Positions 10,035 to 20,241 of a stretch of 64,000 nt of DNA are shown here, in pieces. Origin of the DNA: an uncultured Candidatus Entotheonella sp. (GTDB taxonomy: Bacteria > Tectomicrobia > Entotheonellia > Entotheonellales > Entotheonellaceae). A program made the position numbers and the translations under genes. Position 1 is the first letter of the stretch. Each line of letters opens with the position of its first letter. The notes below the pieces were generated by a model. That model had not been told where the DNA came from. It saw only the letters and a program-made list of their open reading frames with translations, and ran no database searches. The stretch lies in NCBI GenBank assembly GCA_965217185.1, contig OZ244252.1:480001-544000 (forward strand). Reading direction: 5' to 3'.

Positions 10035-10266
10035 TAGTCCTTCTCCTTTTGTTCGTACAGGATAGCCGCTATGCTTCAGCCGCCTCCGGCGTGGGGTTGC
10101 AAGCTTCTTGAGGGATGCTTTCTCATGGGCCGGCACGAAAGAGAGAGCAACTCAGTGAAAGAAGTACACCCGATCTGCCGGGTATGCGTCAATGGTAAAA
10201 GTCACAGTTGTTTGGTCCTCAGAATCACCAAGGCTGAGAGGAAACGATAGGGAAGGGAGGAGGAAG

Positions 10267-11283
10267 ATGGAACAGGCAGCGTACTCAGTAGGCGACAAAA
10301 CGGTCGATGGGTTCCAGGTTTACGTTTTGCAAGAAGGTCAGAAGGCCGTCGCTGAAATAGCGCCTGGGCTCGGAAATAACTGCTACGCCTTCCGGGTGGC
10401 GGACACGGGGTCTGGCACTGAAGGAGGTAACTGGCTGAACCTGATCGACGCGCCCCCCAATCTCGCCACGTTGCAGGAGCATCCCGACATTTACGGTATT
10501 CCGATTCTGTTCCCCTTCCCGAACCGCATCCGAGGCGGCGCGTGGCACTTTGAAGGCAGAACCTACCAGTTTGACAAGCCGCCCGAATCCCCAACCTCGA
10601 TCCATGGTCTGTTGCTGAACCGGCCCTACCAAGTGGAAAGCCACGCCGCTGATGCGAACGGCGCGACGCTGGTGTGCACCCTCGATTCGCGCGATTTCTC
10701 GGATATCGGACGCCAATACCCGTTCCCGTTCAAAATCGGGATTACGTACACGCTCAAAGACGCTGCGTTGTCGATGGGTGTTTCGGTTCAAAATACCGGC
10801 AACCGGAACATGCCGATGGGACTCGGCATCCATCCCTATTTCCGCGTCGGCTTGTCATCCGCCGCGGCGCTGATCAAAGTTCCTGCCGCAACGTATTGGG
10901 AACTGGACGCAGATTCGGTGCCGACCGGCAAACGACTCGCGGCCGCCGGTGCCTTGGACCTGCGAGACGGCAAGCCGTTTTCTGGCTTGAGCCTCGACCA
11001 TGTGTATACGGACGTTCAGATGGAAGTGGATGGCGTCAGCCGGTGTGTCATCGAGAACCGGGATACCGGGCACGGCATGGTGATGGAATCGGATGCCCAA
11101 TACCGCGAACTGGTCGTCTATACGCCGCCGGGCAGGGATGTGATCTGTTTCGAGCCTTACACCTGCCCAACGGACGCCATCAATTTGGAGGCGAAAGGCA
11201 TCCCCGCAGGCGTGATCGTCTTGGCACCGGGTGAAACGTTTTCAGCAGCCGTTCGCATCGTGCCTATTCTTCCGAAGCCTTGA
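10267..11283 (+). CDS. Aldose 1-epimerase family protein
   Basis: GIPILFPFPNRI, SIHGL, GLGIHPYF, ICFEPYT; GGAGG RBS before ATG 10267. Confidence 0.88.
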   Translation: MEQAAYSVGDKTVDGFQVYVLQEGQKAVAEIAPGLGNNCYAFRVADTGSGTEGGNWLNLIDAPPNLATLQEHPDIYGIPILFPFPNRIRGGAWHFEGRTYQFDKPPESPTSIHGLLLNRPYQVESHAADANGATLVCTLDSRDFSDIGRQYPFPFKIGITYTLKDAALSMGVSVQNTGNRNMPMGLGIHPYFRVGLSSAAALIKVPAATYWELDADSVPTGKRLAAAGALDLRDGKPFSGLSLDHVYTDVQMEVDGVSRCVIENRDTGHGMVMESDAQYRELVVYTPPGRDVICFEPYTCPTDAINLEAKGIPAGVIVLAPGETFSAAVRIVPILPKP

Positions 11284-11319
11284 TCCACCATTTTGGAAGG
11301 TCTTTCGGGGTCAAGGTCG

Positions 11320-11346
11320 CTGGATTCCGGCGTGCGCCGGAATGAC
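11320..11346. repeat. REP-like palindrome (dRS3-like ATTCC-N-GGAAT type)
   Basis: CTGGATTCCGGCG-TG-CGCCGGAATGAC, 9-bp perfect stem between convergent genes. Confidence 0.6.
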
Positions 11347-11395
11347 CAACACAGTGATCGACTATTCATAGTGCAGCAGTTTGTTCAAACTTTCC

Positions 11396-11650
11396 TTAAC
11401 CCGCTCGGACCACTGCTTCGGCTTCCATCTCAACACGCACGACTGTATGGCCGGCCCTCCTGACATCCTCAATGGCCGAACGGATAGCGTCTTCGAGCGT
11501 GCCTGCTTCGCGATGGAAATCAACGAAAAATACTCCGTTGGAAGTCCCTGGTGTGCCATCATCGCAACCAGCCGCAAACAGCGCGTCGACGAGGTCAGAG
11601 GTCAATTCGAGAGTCTCGGAAAAAATCAGCGTGAAATCGTACTGTTGCAT
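11396..11650 (-). CDS. Small acidic protein, putative HicB-like antitoxin lacking a DNA-binding domain
   Basis: YDFTLI...ALFAAGCDD...VDFHREAGTLEDAIRSAIEDV; downstream of a small basic ORF. Confidence 0.55.
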   Translation of the reverse strand: MQQYDFTLIFSETLELTSDLVDALFAAGCDDGTPGTSNGVFFVDFHREAGTLEDAIRSAIEDVRRAGHTVVRVEMEAEAVVRAG

Positions 11651-11685
11651 GGCTTCAGACCTCAAATTGCTGCGATCCAAGGGGC

Positions 11686-11916
11686 TTAATGCGTACAGCG
11701 ATCAACCGCACGTCGAATGTCCTTGGCATGATTCTCTGGGTTCCTCGGAGTTGAATAGGCTGCCCTGGTGCAACCCGTGCGGTCGGCTTGAGGGCAATAC
11801 AATAGCCCCCATGTGTGCGCATGTGGACCAGATTTCCTCAGTGTCCAGCCGTTATCCAACGCGTATGTAATCGCTTCACGAAGGTATCTGTTCGGGTGAT
11901 TGACCGCATCGGTCAC
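11686..11916 (-). CDS. Small basic protein, putative HicA-like toxin
   Basis: ALDNGWTLRKSGPHAH (GW...G.H pattern of the HicA fold), STPRNPENHA. Confidence 0.55.
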   Translation of the reverse strand: MTDAVNHPNRYLREAITYALDNGWTLRKSGPHAHTWGLLYCPQADRTGCTRAAYSTPRNPENHAKDIRRAVDRCTH

Positions 11917-11917
11917 C

Positions 11918-13249
11918 CTACTGCCCGAACATGGCTGTGGGCAGGAAGGTGCTGATTGGCGGGAACAGAATCAGAATGACCAGCGCTATCAAGGCTAGGA
12001 AGAAAAAGGGCAGGATGCCCCGGAAGATATCGTCCAGGGAGACGTCCTTGCCCTCCGGGATTTGGGTCGCCACGGAGCGCACGGTGTACACGTTCAGCCC
12101 CACGGGCGGCGTCAGCAGGCCGATTTCGATGGCCATGATGACCAGCATGGCGAAGTATATGGGGTCGATGCCCAACTGCACGATGATCGGATGCACGATC
12201 GGCAGGGTGATGGACATCATCGAGATGGAGTCCTGGAACATGCCGAGGAAGAAGTACATGGCGAGGAAGAGCAAGACGACCGCCATCGGCGGGATGCCGG
12301 CGTTGGTGACCCAGGAGACAAAGGCGTTCGGCAGCCCGGTGAACACCAGGAAGCGGGCGAAAATCATGGCGCCGATGAGGATGAAGAACACCAGCGCGGT
12401 GGTCTGCGCCGCCTCGTTCAGCGCCGCCGCGAAGTTGCGCCACGTCAGGCCGCCCGACAGCAGCGCCAGAATCAGCGCGCCCAGGGCCCCGGCAGCGCCG
12501 GCCTCGGTGGGGGTGAAGACGCCGGTGTACATGCCGGCGATGATCCCTGCTACCAGGACGATGATGCCCCACACGCTGCTGAGCGATTTCAGCCGTTCGG
12601 CCCACGACACCACTTCCTCGGAGCGCGGCGCCAACTGGGGCCGCATCAGCGCCGATACGACGATTCCCAAGGTGAAAATCACCGTCAGCACGGCGCCAGG
12701 GCCGACCCCGGCGATGAGCAGAATGCCGATCGATTGCTCCGTCAGGATGCCGTAGATCACCATCAGCGCGCTGGGTGGAATGAGCATGCCCAGCATGCCC
12801 GCTGCCGCGATTGTGCCGCAGGCGAAACGTTTGTCGTACGCCCGCTTGCGCATCTCCGGCAGACTGATGCGGGTGAACACCGCGCAGGCCACCACGCTGG
12901 AGCCGGTGCAGGCGCCGAACAAAGCGTTGGCCCACGTCGTGGCGATGGCCAGGCCGCCCGGCAGCCGGCCGACCCATTTGTAAGCCGTGTCGAAGGCCCG
13001 GCTGCTCATCCCGGCGTGGGTGGCGAACAGCCCCATGATGATGAACAGGGGCAGAACGGTGAAAGCGAACGAGGCAGTGGTGGCATACGGCGTCGTGGTC
13101 AGCAGCGCCAGGCCGAACTTGATGCTGCCGGTCATGCAGATGATGCCCAAGAAACCCACCACGGCGAGCGACAACCCGACGTGAATCCCCAGCGCCAGCA
13201 GCACCAGCACCACGACGAAGCCGACGATTCCCCATACCATTGGATCCAC
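11918..13249 (-). CDS. dctM: TRAP transporter large permease
   Basis: LIPPS, GVFTPTEAG, IGLLTPPVGLN motifs; many TM segments. Confidence 0.93.
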   Translation of the reverse strand: MDPMVWGIVGFVVVLVLLALGIHVGLSLAVVGFLGIICMTGSIKFGLALLTTTPYATTASFAFTVLPLFIIMGLFATHAGMSSRAFDTAYKWVGRLPGGLAIATTWANALFGACTGSSVVACAVFTRISLPEMRKRAYDKRFACGTIAAAGMLGMLIPPSALMVIYGILTEQSIGILLIAGVGPGAVLTVIFTLGIVVSALMRPQLAPRSEEVVSWAERLKSLSSVWGIIVLVAGIIAGMYTGVFTPTEAGAAGALGALILALLSGGLTWRNFAAALNEAAQTTALVFFILIGAMIFARFLVFTGLPNAFVSWVTNAGIPPMAVVLLFLAMYFFLGMFQDSISMMSITLPIVHPIIVQLGIDPIYFAMLVIMAIEIGLLTPPVGLNVYTVRSVATQIPEGKDVSLDDIFRGILPFFFLALIALVILILFPPISTFLPTAMFGQ

Positions 13250-13259
13250 GCCGTGCTCC

Positions 13260-13763
13260 CTATGGTTGCTTTTTGAGGTCTTGGAGCCGCCGCGCTACGT
13301 CGGCGGCAAATTGCAGGCACAGAATAGCCGCGCCGAGGGGCACGACGAACTGCGACGGATAGCGGGGGATGTTGATCAGTCCGGCAACGTAATCGCCGAC
13401 CAGCCACGAGGTCCAGGCCCACCCGAAGCCGCGCCACAGGATGGTGGCGTACACCATGATGCCGAGGCAGTAAGCCAGGATATCCAGACAGATGCGGGCG
13501 CGCGGCGGCAGGCGCAGGGTGAGGAACTCGACGCGGATGTGGGCGCCCGTTCGCTGCGTCGAGGCGAGGGCGAGGAAGACGATGAACACCAGCATGAAGG
13601 AACCGACTTCGTAGGCCATGGGTACCGGGCTGTTGAACACGTAGCGCCCGGTGATGTCGGCCACCACCAGTATCATCAGCAGGAGCACGAAGGCCGCCGA
13701 CACCGCATTGGCAGCGGCAACCAGCCATCCCAGCGCCCGGTCGAGCCGCGATACGTCCTGCAT
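13260..13763 (-). CDS. dctQ: TRAP transporter small permease
   Basis: Four TM segments, HIRVE motif, position between dctP and dctM. Confidence 0.9.
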   Translation of the reverse strand: MQDVSRLDRALGWLVAAANAVSAAFVLLLMILVVADITGRYVFNSPVPMAYEVGSFMLVFIVFLALASTQRTGAHIRVEFLTLRLPPRARICLDILAYCLGIMVYATILWRGFGWAWTSWLVGDYVAGLINIPRYPSQFVVPLGAAILCLQFAADVARRLQDLKKQP

Positions 13764-13782
13764 GGCAGCCTCCTTCGTGGCG

Positions 13783-14853
13783 TCAGCGAAAATCCGCCGC
13801 CCACTTGCGGGGAAACTGGTGTCCCATGGACTCCAGCAACTCCAGGTAGCGCACCATCACCGCCCTGCCTGCTGCCCGACCCTTGCCCTCCATTTCCTCA
13901 ATCCAGGTGCCAGGAATGTCGGCCAGGGCGTTGGACCATTTCACTTTCTCGTCGAACGGCATCTCGTGGAAGGACATGCCGGCCGCCTCGAAGCCGGCCT
14001 TGGCTTCCTCGCGGCGAGTGCGGATCAGGTCGGCGTTGCGCGCCACCGCTTCCTTGCCCACCTCCATCATCAACGTCTGCAAGTCTTCCGGCAGGCTGTT
14101 CCAGAACGTCGTGTTGATGGTGATCAGGATGGGCATGGCGGCGCCCATGTCGATCCACGTGGCGTGCTTGTTGAAGTCCTGGTACTTGTAGGCGAAGGAG
14201 ATGTCCCAGGGCAGGAACTCGGCCTCGATGACACCCGTTTGCAGGGCCATGTAGCGCTCGGCAACCGGCATGTGAATGGGCAGGGCGCCGGCGCCGCTGA
14301 GGATTTTCGGGTGGTAGGCGCCGATGGAGGCGATCTTGACGCCGTCAAGGTCGTCGAAGGTGACCAGAGGCCGCTTGGAGGTGAGGTTATAGGTGTCGAT
14401 GACCAGCGGGAAGAGAAGTTTCTGATTGTACCGCTCGATCTCGGCCTTGAGTTCCGGCACTTCCTCGAACATGCGCTGGCAGGCGTCGAGGATCATCTTG
14501 GGATCACCAGGGCCGAAGGGCACCGCGTAGGTCCAATTGACGAGCGGCAGCTTGCCGGCGTAGTAGGGCGCGGCGATGCTGCCGACCTCCACCAGCCCGA
14601 ACTCGACGGCTTCCAACTCCTCGCCGGCCTTGGTGAGGGCACCCATCCAGAAGAACTCCCAACTGATGCGGCCGTCGCTGCGCCGGGCGACCTCGTCGGC
14701 CCACCACTTGGCCGTTTCGCTCACCAGAAACGGCGGCGGCGCGATCGGCGACGTGAACTTCAGCCGAAACGTCTGCGAGACAACAGGGGCGGCGTACAAC
14801 AGGGACAGGGTTACAAGGATGCCGATAGTCTTCATCAAACGGTTCATGCCCAT
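13783..14853 (-). CDS. dctP: TRAP transporter substrate-binding protein
   Basis: Signal peptide, SDGRI, DLDGVKI, YMALQTGVIE; AGGAG RBS upstream of 14853. Confidence 0.85.
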   Translation of the reverse strand: MGMNRLMKTIGILVTLSLLYAAPVVSQTFRLKFTSPIAPPPFLVSETAKWWADEVARRSDGRISWEFFWMGALTKAGEELEAVEFGLVEVGSIAAPYYAGKLPLVNWTYAVPFGPGDPKMILDACQRMFEEVPELKAEIERYNQKLLFPLVIDTYNLTSKRPLVTFDDLDGVKIASIGAYHPKILSGAGALPIHMPVAERYMALQTGVIEAEFLPWDISFAYKYQDFNKHATWIDMGAAMPILITINTTFWNSLPEDLQTLMMEVGKEAVARNADLIRTRREEAKAGFEAAGMSFHEMPFDEKVKWSNALADIPGTWIEEMEGKGRAAGRAVMVRYLELLESMGHQFPRKWAADFR

Positions 14854-15099
14854 CTCGTATGATCTCCTTAACCCGGCCAAGCCGACGGGGACGTCCAAGG
14901 GTGATAAACGCCGCGCATCATAGCACAGGCCGCCGCGTCGGCCATAACAGGCCGAAATTGTTCTGAGCACCGCTGGAAACCGGGCTTGACAGCGGGTTGC
15001 CGGGGTCCTGAGAATGGGCCATATGGCAAGCCGATACGAAACGTGCTCGATTAACTCTGCCGGGACAAGATACGACAACAGCCATGAGGGTTGGAGAAG

Positions 15100-15558
15100 A
15101 TGGCATTAACAACGAAAGCCTTCGGAGCAACCGGCCTCGTGGTGGCCATTCTGTTCATCGCGATAGCGGCAATGGCAGCCGACCTCGAGGTATCCGTTGA
15201 AGGTCTGCGCTCCGCCGAAGGCAACGTGCGTGTTGCACTTCATCGACGCGCCGACGATGCCGAGTTTCCCGATGGCGACGGCGTTGCCGGAATGTTCCGC
15301 CCGGCTGAACCCGATGTGGTTCGCATCGTTTTTGTCGACTTGCCTCCCGGCGACTATGCGGTGGCGGTGTTCCATGACGCCGATGGCGACGAGGAGCTGG
15401 GCACGAACATTCTGGGAATTCCCATCGAGGGCTACGGCTTCTCCAATGACGCGCGCGGCTTCATGGGGCCGCCGAGCTTCGACGCCGCTGCCGTAACGGT
15501 AGGCGCGGACGATGACGTGCTCTCCATCGGCGTAACGATAGGCTATCCTGGGCCGTGA
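15100..15558 (+). CDS. DUF2141 domain exported protein
   Basis: Signal peptide; LPPGDYAVAVFHDADG, GIPIEGYGFSN, GPPSF signature. Confidence 0.88.
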   Translation: MALTTKAFGATGLVVAILFIAIAAMAADLEVSVEGLRSAEGNVRVALHRRADDAEFPDGDGVAGMFRPAEPDVVRIVFVDLPPGDYAVAVFHDADGDEELGTNILGIPIEGYGFSNDARGFMGPPSFDAAAVTVGADDDVLSIGVTIGYPGP

Positions 15559-15559
15559 T

Positions 15560-17071
15560 ATGACAAACCACAAATTGTCTCGCCGAGACGCGCTACGGGT
15601 GATCGGGAGCCTGCCGATCCTGCTGGCGACAGGTGCGTTAGCCGGAACCAGGGAAGATTTCGCCGCAGCCTTGGCTCGACAACCGGCATTGATCGCCTTT
15701 GAGACGGCGCGCGCGGAGGCGTTCGCCGCTCCGCTGACGACGCTTATTGGTCGCCTACCACCCGCGCTCGCCGGCGTCCTGTGGCGGAATGGTCCGGCCG
15801 AGCACGAGCGCTACGGTCACCGTTACGGACATTGGTTCGACGGCGACGGCATGATCCAGGCCTTCACCTTTACCGGAAGCAACGTGATCCACCGCGCCCG
15901 CATTCTGGACACGCCGAAACGCCGCCGTGAGACCCAAGCAGGCGAGCGCGTCCTGCCCGCCTTCGCCACCATCCCCCCACGTCCCGAGCCGATCCTTGGC
16001 CCCAACGACATGAACGTCGCCAATACCTCCATACTCGCTCACGCTGGGCGCCTCATGGCCTTGTGGGAGGGCGGCTCGGCGTTGGCGGTCGATCCGGATT
16101 CGCTCACTGCCGGCCAACTCGTCGCCTGGCGCCCGGACCTCGCCGGCGTGCCGTTCTCCGCGCATCCGAAGATCGAACCGGACGGCACCTTGTGGAATAT
16201 CGGCTGCGTGTTGGCTCCGCAGTCGGTGCTGCTCTTCTACCACATCGACCGAACTGGAAGGCTCGTCAAGGTCAACACCATGCCCATCGCGCCCTTGGGC
16301 ATGGTGCACGATTTCGTTGTGACGGCGCGCCACCTCGTCATGCTGTTGACGCCCTTCGTGCTGGAGCCGGACCGGTTCCTCTCTGGGCACGCGAGTTTTC
16401 TCGATGCCCACGTCTGGCGCCCTGCACTTGGCACCAGAGTGCTGACGGTCGATAAGGACACGTTGGAGCCCGTGTGCCGCCACGAGCTTCCCCCTGGCTT
16501 CCACTTCCATCACGGCAACGGCTGGGAGGAGCCGGACGGCACGATCCGCCTCGATGTCTGCCAAGCACCAGACCCCGCGTTTCTCACCGAGGACCTGCGG
16601 GCCGTTATGCAGGGCGAGTGGCGATTCCCGGCGACGTATCCGAGCTACCGCCACGTCGTCCTGAAGCCCAATGGCACTGCCGCGATAGACGATGTGGCGC
16701 CGGGCATCGCCGAGTTTCCCCGCATCGACCCGCGCTACACGGGGCTGCGGCACCGCAAGGTCTTCGCGCTCTCCGGCAGCGGTGAAGAAGGGGGCTGGCC
16801 GCTCCGGCGTGTTGCCTGCCTCGATCCCGAAGGTGGCACGGTCGATGTCTGGTCTTACCCGCGGCATCAAATTCCCGAGGAGCATGTGTTCGTGCCGCGC
16901 GGTGAATCCGAGGGCGATGGTTGGCTCATAGGTCCGTTCCTCGACGTCCAGCGTCGCGCCACGGGGCTGAACGTGTTCGAGGCAGGACACCTCGCGGACG
17001 GGCCGCTATGGCAGGGCGTATTACCCTATCCACTGCCTCTAGGGCTGCATGGTGCGTTCGTGATAATCTGA
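15560..17071 (+). CDS. Carotenoid/lignostilbene cleavage oxygenase family protein with twin-arginine signal
   Basis: RNGP, HWFDGDG, candidate Fe-ligand His in SAHPK, MVHDF, FHHGN and LHG; SRRDAL Tat motif. Confidence 0.9.
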   Translation: MTNHKLSRRDALRVIGSLPILLATGALAGTREDFAAALARQPALIAFETARAEAFAAPLTTLIGRLPPALAGVLWRNGPAEHERYGHRYGHWFDGDGMIQAFTFTGSNVIHRARILDTPKRRRETQAGERVLPAFATIPPRPEPILGPNDMNVANTSILAHAGRLMALWEGGSALAVDPDSLTAGQLVAWRPDLAGVPFSAHPKIEPDGTLWNIGCVLAPQSVLLFYHIDRTGRLVKVNTMPIAPLGMVHDFVVTARHLVMLLTPFVLEPDRFLSGHASFLDAHVWRPALGTRVLTVDKDTLEPVCRHELPPGFHFHHGNGWEEPDGTIRLDVCQAPDPAFLTEDLRAVMQGEWRFPATYPSYRHVVLKPNGTAAIDDVAPGIAEFPRIDPRYTGLRHRKVFALSGSGEEGGWPLRRVACLDPEGGTVDVWSYPRHQIPEEHVFVPRGESEGDGWLIGPFLDVQRRATGLNVFEAGHLADGPLWQGVLPYPLPLGLHGAFVII

Positions 17072-17253
17072 AATCTTCAATATAGGGTGGTCAAGCTTGA
17101 CAGATCACTCCGTATCAGAAGCTGGGCGTGCGCGCCCATTTGGGATTCAGGAACACTGCCCCGGCATGCGTCCGTGAACCCGATTGGAACCCCAAGAACG
17201 GTGTGAGCGGACATGAGCGGGCACGCCTTCATTGCAACTTGGGAACAGGTTAT

Positions 17254-17712
17254 ATGGCAAGCCGACACCAAGACTGGTTCAACCAGGGAAAGCGGGATGT
17301 GGAACTCGCCCGCTGGTGCATTGAGGGCGGCCACTACGAGTGGGCCTGTTTTGCCGCCCAGCAAGCCGCCGAGAAGGTGATCAAAGCCGTTTTTCAGAAA
17401 CTGGGTGGGGATGCCTGGGGCCATTCGGTCACGGACTTGCTGAAGGCGTTACCGGTTTCCCGTGCGGTCGAGATCGAGTTGTTGGACGCAGCGAGGGAAC
17501 TGGACCGCCACTACATACCAGCGCGGTATCCCAATTCACATCCGGCAGGTGCGCCGTTTGAACACTATATGCAGGGGGAGGCCGTTCGTGCGGTATCCAA
17601 CGCCGAAAGCATCATCGTCTTCTGTGAGGGTGTTCTGGCTGAACCGGGAGGAGACGATCCAGCACCTCCAAGAGGCGATGAGGGCGCTGAAGATACGGCA
17701 CCCGGAGGTTGA
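17254..17712 (+). CDS. HEPN domain protein (COG2250 type) of a HEPN-MNT pair
   Basis: YEWACFAAQQAAEKVIKA, WGHSV, LDRHYIPARYP. Confidence 0.9.
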   Translation: MASRHQDWFNQGKRDVELARWCIEGGHYEWACFAAQQAAEKVIKAVFQKLGGDAWGHSVTDLLKALPVSRAVEIELLDAARELDRHYIPARYPNSHPAGAPFEHYMQGEAVRAVSNAESIIVFCEGVLAEPGGDDPAPPRGDEGAEDTAPGG

Positions 17713-17956
17713 GCGCGCGGTGTTGTTCGGCTCGCTGCAGCGCGGCGACGCTGTGCCCGGCAGCGATGCCGACGTGCTGCTGGTGCTGCTCACGACCGAC
17801 TTGTCGTTTTCCGAGCGCGCCGCCGTATACCGCCCTGAGGGCATTGGCATCCCCGTCGATCTCTTCGTCTATACCCGCGCCGAGCTGGACGACATGCTGG
17901 CCGACGGCAACCGCTTCACCAGTCGGGCGCTGGCGGAGGGGATGGAGCTGCTCTGA
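17590..17956 (+). repeat. Direct repeat copy 1 (HEPN 3' end + MNT); partner at 26046-26412
   Basis: First 35 bp GCGGTATCCAACGCCGAAAGCATCATCGTCTTCTG identical; remainder colinear with substitutions. Confidence 0.92.
17624..17956 (+). CDS. Minimal nucleotidyltransferase (MNT), copy 1; start uncertain
   Basis: LFGSLQRGD...SDADVLLV, PVDLFVYT; overlaps the HEPN 3' end. Confidence 0.85.
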   Translation: MRVFWLNREETIQHLQEAMRALKIRHPEVERAVLFGSLQRGDAVPGSDADVLLVLLTTDLSFSERAAVYRPEGIGIPVDLFVYTRAELDDMLADGNRFTSRALAEGMELL

Positions 17957-18043
17957 TTTTTACGACGGAGGCGACAAATACGGATAGAGGCAATGGAACG
18001 GTGCGCGTAGCGAGCCGTGCCGGCCTGTGAAGTGGGGCGACTC

Positions 18044-20227
18044 ATGGCCAGAAAACATCGACGGAGAGAAAAGCGAGCGAGGCAGCGTACGGAGCAACAG
18101 CGGCATCGTCCGGCACAGCGTGTGCAGGGTGCAGTAGCAGCCCTTCGCGGCGGAGATGCGGCGGGCGCTTTGCGGTTGGCAGCGGACGCTCTTGCCGCGG
18201 CCAATGACCCGGCAACGGAGGCTGTCGCCCGGCGTGTTGTGGTCGAGGCGCATTTTCGCTTGGCCGCCAGCGCGACACGTGCCAGTCAAAGTCTGGAACA
18301 CCTTGATGCTGCGCTCGATCTCGGCCCTGAAGCCTTCAGGCTGCGTTATCATCGCGCGGTCACGTTGTGTCGCCTGGGGCGCGTTGCCGAGGTCGTGCCG
18401 GAACTCGAGATCCTGGCGACGCAGGACGCCAATCGTCGAGATGTGGCCGCGCTATGCCAACTCGCACGCACAGCAATGGGACAACCCGACGCCGAGCCGC
18501 GGGCGCAGGCGGCAGATGATTTCTTCCGCGACGACACCTCGGCTCTTTGGCAGACATTGCACGACATGAAGGAACAGCCCAAGGCGGCCCCGGTGGCACA
18601 ATTGCGGGTGCTTGCAGACGGCCTGGAACCGACCGATGGTGCCGGCGCCGTGACTCAGTACTACCTCGGCGTGGCTGCCATGCGAACCGGTGACGTGGAG
18701 ACAGGGCGGGCGGCTTGGCGGGTGGCGGCCGATGCCGGCATGGCGACGCCGTGGTCGGAGGCAAACCATGCACACTTGCTCCGGGAACAGGCCTATGCGC
18801 TTGGGCAGGAAGGGCACTGGCAAACGCTCGTCGATCTGGTGCAATCGCATCCGCAGTCCGCGCCACCGGATACCGCGACGACCGAGCTGCTCGCCGTGGC
18901 TCACACCCATCTCGGATACGCCGCAGCCCGGGCTGACGATTGGACCACGGCAGCCCAGCACTGGCAGGAGGCCGCATCAAGGAACGTCAATCGACGACTT
19001 TTGCAAAATCTTGCCTTGGCCAATGAGGCACTCGGCGACTGGTTGACCGCCGCTGCGACGTGGCGGCAGGTGATTCGCCGCCGCCCCCGCAAGCAAGATC
19101 ATGCGGACTATCTCAGCGATGCCCAGGTCGCGGCGCTTTGGCATCACGTGGTGGAATGCTACGAGCATGCGGACGACATGGATGAGGCGCTCGCCTGTCT
19201 CCGAACGGCCCTCAAGTACGCTCCGGAGGACCTGGAATTGCGTTTGAAGGCAGCGGACATTGCCCTGGAGACAGGACGTGACACCGTAGCCGAAAACGAA
19301 CTCACTCATCTCTTGTCGATCAATCCACGGCACGTGCCGGCACTGGAGCGCCTCGCTTCGCTTTACACCGATGTCTGGGGCCGTGATCCGGTGCCCATCT
19401 GGCGCCGCGTGTTGAGCATCGAACCCCAGCATGAAGAGGCGCGCGAGGTCCTGGCGCGCTGGTATATCGCTAACGTCGAAGGTGACGATTATCGGTATGG
19501 TTGGTTACCGCGCAGGCGTCGCCGCTCCGGAAAAAAGAATATCGAATGGCTTGAGGAAGGTTTGAAAGAGCTTCCCGGCCATCCCGCCCTGCTGGTGGCG
19601 CTGGGGAAATTGCACGGGGCCATGAAACAACAGGCCCGGGCGCGCCCGTATTTGGAACAGGCATGGGAAGCCGTGCCCCAAAAAGCCGATATCGTTGGGG
19701 AGGCGATGCACGAGTTGCTGCACGCCGGCGGGGGCGACGTTGTGACACGTCTGTTGCCAACCGTGCGAGAGATAAGAGGCCTGTTGGCAGCGTTCTGGGT
19801 TGACCAGGGTTGTTCCGCCTTACAATGCGAACTCGGGCAGGAATGGGTCGATCTGTTCTGGCAAGAAGCTCAGGAGTTGGGCCGGCAGGGCCGCCACGGC
19901 GACACCCCGGCGTACGTACTGGTCCGCATTTTCGATGCGGCGAACCAGGCGAAAGCTAGGGACGTGGCGGCGCACTACGAAGCACGGCTGCGAGCCGAGC
20001 ATCCCCACAGCGGCGCGGCGGCCTACGTGGACGCGTACCATGCTGCCCGCGACCGAGACGACCCCGACCGGGCGATTCGCCTGTTGCGCCGGGCCCAGCA
20101 CGCGGCGCGTCGAGCCAACGAGGAGGGCATCGCCGATTTCGCTGAGAAGATTGAATCAATCCTCAGCATGCCGCTCGACCCGTTTTTCGACCTGTTGAAC
20201 CGGTTCGATCCATCTGAACGAGACTGA
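18044..20227 (+). CDS. Large tetratricopeptide-repeat protein
   Basis: Repeated TPR-like helices (YYLGVAAMRTGD, HLGYAAARADDWTTAAQHW, NLALANEALGDW, LLSINPRHVPALERLA); basic N-terminal tail. Confidence 0.8.
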   Translation: MARKHRRREKRARQRTEQQRHRPAQRVQGAVAALRGGDAAGALRLAADALAAANDPATEAVARRVVVEAHFRLAASATRASQSLEHLDAALDLGPEAFRLRYHRAVTLCRLGRVAEVVPELEILATQDANRRDVAALCQLARTAMGQPDAEPRAQAADDFFRDDTSALWQTLHDMKEQPKAAPVAQLRVLADGLEPTDGAGAVTQYYLGVAAMRTGDVETGRAAWRVAADAGMATPWSEANHAHLLREQAYALGQEGHWQTLVDLVQSHPQSAPPDTATTELLAVAHTHLGYAAARADDWTTAAQHWQEAASRNVNRRLLQNLALANEALGDWLTAAATWRQVIRRRPRKQDHADYLSDAQVAALWHHVVECYEHADDMDEALACLRTALKYAPEDLELRLKAADIALETGRDTVAENELTHLLSINPRHVPALERLASLYTDVWGRDPVPIWRRVLSIEPQHEEAREVLARWYIANVEGDDYRYGWLPRRRRRSGKKNIEWLEEGLKELPGHPALLVALGKLHGAMKQQARARPYLEQAWEAVPQKADIVGEAMHELLHAGGGDVVTRLLPTVREIRGLLAAFWVDQGCSALQCELGQEWVDLFWQEAQELGRQGRHGDTPAYVLVRIFDAANQAKARDVAAHYEARLRAEHPHSGAAAYVDAYHAARDRDDPDRAIRLLRRAQHAARRANEEGIADFAEKIESILSMPLDPFFDLLNRFDPSERD

Positions 20228-20241
20228 GGAGGATACGTTCC

